Below, one piece after another: positions 26,138-36,099 of a stretch of 64,000 nt of DNA. Position 1 is the first letter of the stretch. Each line of letters opens with the position of its first letter. The translations under genes were made by a program, and so were the position numbers. Location: NCBI RefSeq assembly GCF_046119375.1, contig NW_027362768.1:344100001-344164000 (forward strand), given 5' to 3'. The DNA comes from Phyllobates terribilis (taxonomy: Eukaryota). Under the pieces are notes generated by a model. It saw only the letters and a program-made list of their open reading frames with translations. It was not told the origin of the DNA and did not search any database.

Positions 26138-27617
26138 TGTGATGAACCTGTAGCCGCCATCTTGGTAATGATAAATCATATCCAGGGATGGCCACACTTC
26201 AGCAGCCCCCACCCTTGGGACCTTCTGTTAAAACGTCAACTAGATAGTTTCCCCCCATCCAGGCTCCTGTAAGATAAGAAGCCTACTTAACACTTGAATG
26301 CTAGGAGCTTCAAAGACTTCGAGAGGAAACACAGCCAGCAGGGGGGGGTGCTTCGTCTATCTGTACCTGACCATTTGTCCCATAGGACTAGTTTCTTTGT
26401 CTGTCACAAGCATGGAGGCATAAGATATAGAAACATGAAAAGTACACGCATGTTGCATGGGATGGGCCAATAAAAAAATATCACGGCGTCCCGGAGCCAT
26501 TGCGCACACAAGCCTCCGCGGTAGACGTTTGTACGTGCTCTGGAAGCCAAGATATAGCGCGGAGCCATTCCTGAGGACCGTATGGTATCATAATTGATAT
26601 CAAAAGGTCGGTTACGGCGGCCCGAATCCATGGGAACCCCTGGGGGTATCATGAGACCATCCCAGAAGAAGTTATTGGGTTCCATAGAATTTGGGCTTCT
26701 GATCGAAGTTAGACCTGAGGGTGGAGACTGAGTCAGCTGACCTCACCAGCAGTGGGCGGGACAGGGCAGGTAAGATAGCAGGACAGACAAGAGACAAGTC
26801 AGTCTTGACCCAAGAGTGGTGTGCTGAACATCTGAGCACCAGCTGAGGCCACCAAGGGGAGGAGCAGTTTGACCATGCGGTGGTAGGCCTCAGCCTGTAA
26901 CAAAGAACCGTGCCTGCGATCGCAGAATCCTCTCCCTGCGTCACAAGAAAATCAAGAAACCGGTAACTGATATGCTGTGGTGATTCTGTGTGTTGTATTC
27001 CATTGTTGTATAGTTTAGCCTGACCTTATACCTGTGTATATTTAGTTGTATATCGTGTATCTAGTGTATTATTATAATCAATTACCTCAAGTAATTGTGG
27101 GCCTGCCTTTTATTCTGCATAACGAACGCACGTCCGTGTGAGCTCGGCTCAAGCCAAAACGCTACCCAGGGTTGGTTCCTGACCCGATATAGGCCCATTC
27201 ACGGACTGGGCGTATATCTAAAATAGGGACTGGTGGCAGCATACCAACTGGGGATTGGGGAAGGCTGGTAGTGACGGTCGGAGGTTCAGATATATATATT
27301 CCTGGCGCGGCCAAGGAAGATATATATACCGCCCTCACTACAGAGGGCCCCGATACCCAGTAGGTTACAGGACAGTCTCCCTGGCGACCGCTTATCCTAG
27401 GTGCAGTTCCTTGACTGACCTGAGGCTAAGAGGGCGCTAGCGAGTTGTGCTGTGTAGTGACGTTACGGTTTAGTGACGTTGAAGGGATAACACACTACCG
27501 TGTTCCCTGCGCTGGTTGCAGCTACCTGGCACTACTTTCTCTAGGTGCAGTACCTTGACTGACCTGAGAGGTAAGGGGGCGCCAGAGAGCTGCACCCACC
27601 GGCCGGCTTTCATCACA
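26138..27617. mobile_element. Solo LTR (or LTR-like insertion), 1480 bp
   Basis: Starts TGTGATGAA and ends TTCATCACA (9-bp inverted TG...CA termini). Perfect 5-bp TSD TGCTC at 26133-26137 and 27618-27622. AATAAA at 26469-26474. Internal 28-bp direct repeat at 27397 and 27541. No coding capacity. Confidence 0.85.
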
Positions 27618-27813
27618 TGCTCCAACATATAAAAGCCATCAGATCCACCAGTCTAGTCGCTTATTTTGAGGATTTGTGCCTCACAGGCTGCAGAACATGA
27701 TCCATAGATCGTTTATCACACTGCCATTCCTTTGCCAATCACAACATGGCGACTTTAATCATGTGTCACATCGCCCTCTAGTGTTTGCTCGACTTCGCAC
27801 CTGGAAAATGTTC

Positions 27814-27878
27814 TGCGCATGCTCTCCCGAGCTGCCGATTGACGTCTTCAGGGCTGCAGAAGATTGACGCGCATGCGC
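27814..27878 (+). promoter_or_regulatory. ARL6IP5 proximal promoter motifs (NRF1-type and CRE-like)
   Basis: Palindrome GCGCATGCGC at 27869-27878, a second partial TGCGCATGCT at 27814-27823, and TGACGTCT at 27840-27847. CpG-rich, 40-100 bp upstream of the ATG. Confidence 0.6.
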
Positions 27879-27917
27879 AGTCGCTGTGTGAGGTTTACAG
27901 GCTCAGCTGCAAGGAAG

Positions 27918-28093
27918 ATGGACGTGCAGGTGGCGCCGCTGCGGGCCTGGGACGATTTCTTCCCCGGCTCCGACCGCTTCAGCCGACCAGATTTCAAAGA
28001 CATCTCCAGATGGAACAACAGAGTCGTCAGCAATCTGCTGTACTACCAGACCAACTACCTGGCGCTGGCGGCGGCCGTCGTCTGCCTGGTGGG
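27918..28093 (+). CDS. ARL6IP5: PRA1 family protein 3 (JWA/GTRAP3-18), exon 1 (176 nt)
   Basis: AAG ATG G start; [59 protein letters not shown]; donor GG|GTAAGT at 28094. Confidence 0.98.
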
Positions 28094-28744
28094 GTAAGTG
28101 GGAATGATGCTGCGACTGAGGGGGGGGAGGGGAGTAACATTGCACCTGCACTATGGTACTCCACCTGATGAGGACAGCAGCGTGTACAGGGCATGCTGGG
28201 ACCTGTGGTTCTACACAGCTAGTGGGTGATGCTCCATATGGGACCTCAGACGTCATCCCTTGTAGGTTTTCTGCAGTTGGACGCATGGCAGCATATGTCA
28301 CAGACTGTAAGACTATGGAAATGTCTCATAATCCTGGAGAACAGGACAGACAGGTCTCAGGTGTGAGTGCCTAAGATCCCCATAGTGCCTCCTAGCTGCA
28401 GGCGCCACACTGTGCTGGGGACAAGTACTGTGGCTCTATGCGGCTAGTCACCTCGTCCCCTGGCTACGACATTATTATTATTTTTTTTTCTTCTGAAAAT
28501 GTGTAATGTCCCTTTAAGGCCAATTTCACTCGTCCATCATTGACAGTCTCTACTGACTTCCGTTCCTGGACTGGTCACAGGTCCTCGTATATGCCTATAA
28601 CACTGCTGACACCCACAACCGCCCCGGACAGCACAGATTTACCAAGTTTTAAAGTGGATCTGTCGGCAGATTTCATCATAAACTGCATACATTACTAAAT
28701 AGATTCTTTATGAAAGTTTGACCCAATCTCTATTTCTCTAGCCT

Positions 28745-29400
28745 GATTGCTCCTCAGTGTCCCTCCTCCCTGCTGCTACGGATTATCTGCCCACCTGTCC
28801 TCACTGACCTCCTCAGTGTCCCTCCTCCCTGCTGCTACTGACTCTCTGCTCACCTATCCTCAGTTCCCCTCCTCCCTGCTGCTACTGAATCTCTGCCCAC
28901 CTATTCTCACTGACCTCCTCAGTGCCCCTCCTCCCTGCTGCTGCTGACTCTGCTCACCTATCCTCACTGATCTCCTCAGTATCTTTCCTTCCTGCTGCTA
29001 CTGACTCTCTGCTCACCTATCCTCAGTTCCCCTCCTCCCTGCTGCTACTGAATCTCTGCCCACCTATCCTCACTGACCTCCTCAGTGCTCCTCCTCCCTG
29101 CTGCTACTGAATCTCTGCCCACCTATCCTCACTGACCTCCTCAGTGCTCCTCCTCCCTGCTGCTACTGAATCTCTGCCCACCTATCCTCACTGACCTCCT
29201 CAGTGCCCCTCCTCCCTGCTGCTACTGAATCTCTGCCCACCTATTCTCACTAACCTCCTCAGTGCTCCTCCTCCCTGCTGCTACTGAATCTCTGCCCACC
29301 TATCCTCACTGACCTCCTCAGTATCCCTCCTCCCTGCTGCTGCTGACTCTCTGACCTCCTATCCTCAGTGACGTTCTCAATGTCTCTCCTCCCCGCTGCT
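28745..29400. repeat. 59-bp pyrimidine-rich minisatellite, ~11 partly truncated units, ARL6IP5 intron 1
   Basis: Unit CTACTGAATCTCTGCCCACCTATCCTCACTGACCTCCTCAGTGCTCCTCCTCCCTGCTG recurs at 29045, 29104 and 29163. Confidence 0.9.
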
Positions 29401-32399
29401 ACTGAGATCTGGCACTGTTCAGTACAAGCTGCAGTCGGCCAGGCTGGATGGATGACAGATACTAAATACACTTGAACTCATGAGCTATTTCATTCTATAG
29501 TTGGACTCAGAACATGCTTAATGTCAGGATTAAATAGCCGTTCTGAGGTTATTACCGACCGTGTGAGAGGTGCTTGTGCAAAGTCCTTTAAAGAGAGACT
29601 TTTTGTGCAGACTTGCGAGATCAGACCTCAATGCACGGACTGACCGCGGGTTGGGAGTGTTGCAGCCTGATATTGGACCGATTTGTATAGCTGTCTGAAT
29701 ACTCTGGCCCAGCTATATTTATTTATTTTATACAAGTTTTGTTACATCTTGTAATATTTTCTTTGTTCTGTTGTATTTTAAAATCCTATATAAAAATCTT
29801 AAGAGAATAAAGACCCTGCATTTAGAAAAAAAATGCAAGTGGCAAAAACAAAATTGCCGTGTCCATACTGTCAATAAACTGCGGTAGATTTTGAAGGGTT
29901 TTTCACCCCTTTCTTTTATTTAACTTATGACCCGATATCACTATATAAAAATGATTTAGCACATGCACATCTGCCGCCCCCCCCCCCTTTGGTTTTCTCT
30001 TTCACCATTGACCGCTGCAGTCAATCACTTGCAGCGTTGATACGCCACCTTGCTATGGGTTATCTATTGGGAGCATTCCCAGTGCCATTTGAGCATTTGC
30101 ACGTTTTCCACTTTTAGGCGGCGGCGGCGGCGCTGCCGTCCGGGTTGGGGTGACGCAGTGATACTTGCTGGCAGATTGTTTAGTCCCTGCCTGCGGTATT
30201 TTAGGCTCGGTCCTTAGGACCGCACCTCGGCTGTAGGAAATGGATGAGTAATACATGGCTCACTGAGCAGATGGTTCCTTCTGCACGGCTCTGACCAACG
30301 GAGGCAGCGAGGGGAATCTGTGCCAGGAGACATTTTTCTCTCCAGCTTTCCATCACTAGGACATAGGTTATTACAGGCAGGCATAGATTGCTTCTGCCTG
30401 ATGGAAGGATTTCCACAGTTCTGGTGCAGGAAGTCATCACTGCATTTAAAGGGACGTTCCCAACTACACAGCCATAGCTGGGTATCCATATTCGGGACCC
30501 GATCCTGCTCTGCCCTTATTCACATTGACATCACTTTGACACCTGAGGTTTTAATACAAGAGACAGGACAATCCCGATTTGGGTACACCTTGTACTGGTG
30601 GGATGGCTTTTTTCCAAATATCTTGCAAAAATATGATTTATGCATGGAAACGCAACAAAGACTTGACATGACTCTCTCTACTACATTAACGCACTTTTTT
30701 TCCTGTGCAATTTTCTCATTCAAATGAATGGAAAGCTTGTTGGTTGCACAATTTGTAGCATTTTTTATGTGGTTCTTGGTGCAGAATCTTTGCTTTTAAA
30801 AAAGGAAAAAAAAACAAAAAAAATTTTGAGCCGAATCGGCTCTCAAATCCATGTTTAAAAAAAAAAATCATTTTGTGAACATGCTGTCGCTTTCGTGCCT
30901 TGGATTTGGGCAGTACAGGGCTGTATAGAAAAGTTCTGTATATTATTGGGGTACTGTGATTGGTACATTTTAAGTGATGCAACATTATCTATTAATGGGG
31001 TATAATAAATTTCCTACTAATGTCCTGTCTTATTGGATCGAGGGGAACTGATCCTAGAACCCCAATGATCAGTGAAAAAAAAAAAAAAAAAAAAAAGGGC
31101 TCCTTGTTTTATCAAGGCACTGCAATGCCTGTACATCAGTGCCGGGTACTACAGCCCATTCACTTGAGTACAGGGTATCAGAAAGTGCATTTTGGGGGTC
31201 TCTGATATGAGACTCCCTCTGATCCTAAGATGAAATAATCAGGACAGTGTCCTATAAAACCCATCTAAATCTATGTTGCCGTGACTCTACGGGCACTGCT
31301 GTAATGTCGCATAGTTCTATATACTGTTCAGTAGGCACTAGTTTACGTGGTGCTGCGGCATGGGTGCTCCAATGGGGACAGCCCGCACCATTGTCTGCTC
31401 TGGGCAGTGTTATGGGGGGGCTTTGATGACCATCAGCTTTCTGCATTCGGTACTGGTTAGATTTGGACCCTGGGTGGATGTTGATGAGCTGATATCGCGC
31501 TTCGTTGCCTCTGGCATATAACGAGGGGTTGTTTATAGCTAACTGCGCCGGATAATAAATCCCTGGATATTATACCATATTCAGGCCTCGCAGTGCCCCC
31601 TGCTGCCATTTATCACACTATTAGTGATCGCTCATCACACCTGAAATATCCCCTCCGCTGCCCTATCATTGCCATCAGTAGTGCCAGGGTCGGACACCCA
31701 CGGCCTTGTTTGATGTTAGTTTGTGTGTTGTCAGGGCGTCTCGCGTCACTTCGCTCCTTTTTTACTTTAAGTTTTCACTAGGGATCTTGGAAACGGATGC
31801 AATCAATAGCGATTGGCAAAGCCCGGGAATCCTTTCATGCCACCCGTGATCCCTGGCAACCTTCCTAATCCGTGCTGTAAAGCTTAGAGGGTCATCCCCG
31901 GAGAGGCAAATATAGCACCGTATTCCTGCCAGCCTCCCTAATATTAACAGGAAAGGCTAAAGGAAAAATCAAGTCCTTAAAGGGATTGGTTAGGACTGTC
32001 TTGATTGTGTTATTGTCGCCCTGTTCAACTTAAAGGAGTTGTGACAACACAGTATTTAATCTTAATTATACAGATGTCTATTTTCAGTAGGTCAAGACAC
32101 ATGAACTATTAGTCATGGGTCTCAATGTTGACTCTTCTTGTGGGTTGAACTTATATTTGTAAATTGTTGAATGGCTGCCGTTTAACTCTTATATCAGCTC
32201 CTACATTTTATTATACTGCTATCTTTGCAAGACAGAAATGCAAGTTCATTGAACAATGGATGTTTGCTAAATATGTTGATTGCCATTATATAAGTCCTTG
32301 CAGCTTGTTGACCTGCAGAGCAGTGAAGGGCAAACTATGCAAATTAATTAAATGCTCAAACAATGAGAGATGATCCCCTATCACCTTCCGCCCCTGACC

Positions 32400-33210
32400 T
32401 GTGGATGATGAGAGGGACTTAACAAAATCAGAGCCACGAGAGACTCTTCAGAACAGCAACCAGGACACATGGCTCCATCAAAAAAGACACAGATTTGACT
32501 CTACAGAATGTCAGCTTAGGGGACCCCGGCCCCAGCTGGAAGAACACACATCTGTTCAATTGAATATCACTGAACCGATGGACACGTTTGGGGAAGCCAG
32601 GATTGTGACCCTCCAGTCACCTGACCCCAGGGATTCGTTTGGATAAACCAGGTTGGGACCATCCAGTCGCCTGGCTCCATGTAGATGTTTGGGGAAGCCA
32701 GGATTGTGACCCTCTGGTCACCTGGTCCCATGGGTACATTCGGAGAAACCAGGTTAGGACCAACTGGTCGCCTGGCCCCATGGAGACCTTTGGAGGAGCC
32801 AGGTTGGGACCATCCAGTCGTCTGGCCCCATGGAGATGTTGGGACCATCCGGTCGCCTGGCCCCATGGAGACGTTTGGAGGTGCCAGGTTGGGACCATCC
32901 GATCACCTGGACACGTGCCTCAATGTTTTGTCAGCTTCCTAAACTTGTCATTAACTCCTCTCTGTGGGTTTCCGCCAAAAGTGGAGTGCCATTGGTAGGG
33001 GTGGTTGGCCCTGGAAGCCCCGGAGTCACTGTTGCTCTAATCCCGGCGAGTCAGCGGAAGGGTGAGACTCTAATTTTGCACCATCTTGGGTATTTTGCTG
33101 GGACTGTTCTATATGTTTGGTGGTCCAATAAAGTATTGCCACACTGTTTTACCCTCACCCTGTGTTGTCTGAGTAGTATTCTGCCCACGGGAGACCCCTG
33201 TGCCCCCACA
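32400..33210 (+). mobile_element. LTR-like fragment containing a degenerate ~50-bp tandem repeat (~32575-32910)
   Basis: TGTGG...CCACA termini. Repeats of CCCCATGGAGACGTTTGGAGGAGCCAGGTTGGGACCATCCGGTCGCCTGG. AATAAA near 33127 followed by a GT-rich tract. No clean TSD at these boundaries. Confidence 0.4.
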
Positions 33211-33376
33211 GGGGTTGTCCCCAATAAAAGCATATCATCAATCCACAGGATAGATAATGATAAATGTGTAATTAGTGGGAGTCAAAACACTGAGACCTCC
33301 ACTAATCCTGAGAATAGGGAGCTCAGTTTGAATAGGGTTGAAGTGAGCATGTGCGACCACTGCTCTATTTACTGTA

Positions 33377-34942
33377 CAGTCATGGTCAAAAGTTTCGAGA
33401 ATGACACCAAAATTATATTTTCACATGATCTGCTGGCCTCTGGTTTTTATTAGTGTTTGTCTGATGTTTATATCACATACAGAAATATAATTGCAATCAT
33501 ATTATGAGTACCAATAGGTTATATTGACTGTTAGAATGAGTTAATGCAGCAAGTCAATATTTGCAGTGTTGCCCCTTCTTCTTCAAGACCTCTGTAATTC
33601 TCCCTGGCATGCTCTCAATCAACTTTTGGACCAAATCCTGACTGATAGCAGTCCATTCTTGCATAATCAATGCTTGCATTTTGCCAGAATTTGTTGGTTT
33701 TTGTTTGTCCACCCGTCTCTTGATGATTGACCACAAGTTCTCAATGGGATTAAGATCTGGGGAGTTTCCAGGCCATGGACCCAAAATCTCTATGTTTTGT
33801 TCCATGAGCCATTTAGTTATCACCTTTGCTTTATGGCAAGGTGCTCCATCATGCTGGAAAAGGCATTGTTGGGCGCCAAACTGCTCTTGGACGGTTGGGA
33901 GAAGTTGCTCTTGGAGGACATTCTGGTACCATTCTTTATTCATGGCTGTGTTTTTAGGCAAGACTGTAAGTGAGACGATTCCCTTGGCTGAGAAGCAACC
34001 CCACACATGAATGGTTTCAGGATGCTTTACAGTTGGCATGAGACAAGACTGGTGGTAGCGCTCACCTCTTCTTCTCCGAATAAGCTGTTTTCCAGATGTC
34101 CCAAACAATCGAAAAGGGGATTCATCAGAGAAAATGACTTTGCCCCAGTCCTCAGCAGTCCACTCCCTGTACCTTTTGCAGAATATCAGCCGGTCCCTGA
34201 TGTTTTTTCTGGAGAGAAGTGGCTTCTTTGCTGCCCTCCTTGAAACCAGCCCTTGCTCAAAGAGTCTCCGCCTCACAGTGCGTGCGGAAGCACTCACACC
34301 AGCCTGCTGCCATTCCTGAGCAAGCTCAGCACTGTTGGTAGTCCGATCCCGCAGCTGAAACAGTTTTAAGATACGGTCCTGGCGCTTGCTGGTCTTTCTT
34401 GGGCGCCCTGGAGCCTTTTTGACAACAATGGAAGCTCTCTCCTTGAAGTTCTTGATGATGCGATAGATTGTTGACTGAGGTGCAATCTTTGTAGCTGCGA
34501 TACTCTTCCCTGTTAGGCCATTTTTGTGCAGTGCAATGATGGCTGCACGTGTTTCTTTAGAGATAACCATGGTTAACTGAAGAGAAACAATGATACCAAG
34601 AACCAGCCTCCTTTTAAAGTGTCCAGTGATGTCATTCTTACTTAATCATGACTGATCGCCAGCCCTGTCCTCATCAACACCCACACCTGTGTTAATGGAT
34701 CAATCACTAAAACGATGTTAGCTGCTCCTTTTAAGGCAGGACTGCAATGATGTTGAAATGTGTTTTGGGGGTTAAAGTTCATTTTCTGGGCAAATATTGA
34801 CTTTGCAAGTACAGTAATTGCTGTTAAGCTGATCACTCTTTGACATTCAGGAGTATATGCAAATTGCCATTACAAAAAATGAAGCAGTAAACTTTGGAAA
34901 AATTACTATTTGTCTCATTCTCAATACTTTTGGCCATGACTG
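33377..34942 (-). mobile_element. Full-length Tc1/mariner element, DD35E (Traveler-type), 1566 bp; ARL6IP5 intron 1, antisense
   Basis: TA at 33375-33376 and 34943-34944. Short TIRs CAGTCATGGTCAAAAGTTTCGAGAATGACAC versus CAGTCATGGCCAAAAGTATTGAGAATGAGAC (27/31). Single uninterrupted transposase ORF. Confidence 0.95.
33554..34570 (-). CDS. Transposase, 338 aa, uninterrupted, DD35E catalytic triad
   Basis: N-terminal HTH region with GRPR, AKKPLL, VIFSDES (D1), FQHDGAPCH (D2), SPDLNPIENLW (E). I count 35 residues between D2 and E. Confidence 0.95.
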   Translation of the reverse strand: MVISKETRAAIIALHKNGLTGKSIAATKIAPQSTIYRIIKNFKERASIVVKKAPGRPRKTSKRQDRILKLFQLRDRTTNSAELAQEWQQAGVSASARTVRRRLFEQGLVSRRAAKKPLLSRKNIRDRLIFCKRYREWTAEDWGKVIFSDESPFRLFGTSGKQLIRRRRGERYHQSCLMPTVKHPETIHVWGCFSAKGIVSLTVLPKNTAMNKEWYQNVLQEQLLPTVQEQFGAQQCLFQHDGAPCHKAKVITKWLMEQNIEILGPWPGNSPDLNPIENLWSIIKRRVDKQKPTNSGKMQALIMQEWTAISQDLVQKLIESMPGRITEVLKKKGQHCKY

Positions 34943-36099
34943 TATGTAGGCGGAATTGTCGCACATGCTCACTGCTGCTCCAGTCATACAGGGGAAGTTG
35001 GGATTGGTGGCAGGGGGGCATAGCTGCAGGTCATCATTGAAAACAGTCAGCAAGTTTGCAGTTACCCATGCCCTGATGGAATAGCTTAGTTTCTCCAACA
35101 GTGCCTAACATAAAGAGTTGAAAGATTCATAGGTGCTTGGTCCAACAGCCACATCAATTGTCCATGGCCTCATAACCTTATCCTACCTGCTGGAAGCGGA
35201 GAGATTTTAGCTCTGAAACCTCCTGAATTTGGAATTCAGCTGTGGACAAAGACACCGACTGTAAATCCACATGTTCTGAGTTATTTCTTGGTATGTGTAG
35301 CGTTGCAGTTGTGTTTGGAGATCACGGCCCTACAGCATTTGTGCTCGGCGCCGGCTCTTGCGCAGCTTTCCCCTGTTCACTTTTGGGTGTTGGCCGTGTG
35401 AGCGCACATCTGTTAACGTTCTGTTCCTGCGGCCTTGATGATATTCACTTTTTCCAGGCTGTTCTAAGAAGCTATTTGTCGGCTATATTTAGCTCGGTGC
35501 TTATTACGTCCAACCTCGGATCTGCTGTTCGCTGCCTGTGGAGGAAAGCGGCCAAGTAATGATGGAGTGAGCTGAGCAGGTGGAGGCTGGAGTAATGTAA
35601 AGAGTTCTGGAGGCTGCGGGGGGATCCAGGGAGCGGCTGCACCTCTGATATATGCTCTCGTTATTATATGTATATAATCCACTGATCAGGCATAACAATA
35701 AAACCACTCAGTGCTGGGACATAGAGGCGGCGAATGGACAGTCAGTCCTTGATGTTGATGGGATGGAAGCGGGAAAACGAGCAAAAGTAAAGAGATGAGT
35801 GACGCTGGCGAGGGCCGAAATGTGATGTCTGGATGACTGACGGAGGATCTATAAAACCGCAGGACATGTGAGAGGGTTATACCATTAGAAGACGAGGAAG
35901 GACAACCGGTGATCCGGCGACAGGGTAATGGGGCGCCTGTGGCGTATTGATACTCATGAGGAGTGAAGCTTTAGGCCGTCTGGTCCAAGACCACCGAAGA
36001 ATCTGTAGTGCAAACTGCTTAAAAAGTTCCTGCCGCCATGGCAGAGGGGAGTCGGGACGCAGAGGGTGGTGCTGCTCTGGCGTAGAAAAGTTGGTTTGC

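Noticed and set aside
8380-26272. Dozens of long ORFs (up to 508 aa; PYISAGHSA, VTVPPILVP, TGTNIGG repeats) resembling mucin or adhesin proteins
   Set aside because: A 27-bp monomer is a multiple of 3 and is stop-free in several frames on both strands. Frames switch at random C-run indels, and I saw no splice signals or unique domains.
27628-27635. Canonical TATAAAAG 290 bp upstream of the ARL6IP5 ATG
   Set aside because: A TSS there would give a leader with several upstream ATGs. The NRF1/CRE-like cluster nearer the ATG is a better promoter candidate, but this cannot be excluded without TSS data.
27864-27917. In-frame N-terminal extension of ARL6IP5 (ATG at 27873)
   Set aside because: That ATG is the centre of the GCGCATGCGC promoter palindrome and has poor Kozak context. 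The ATG at 27918 gives the conserved MDV start and 188-aa length.
33681-34319. Plus-strand ORFs overlapping the DD35E transposase
   Set aside because: These are antisense shadows of the transposase coding strand, with no recognisable motifs.
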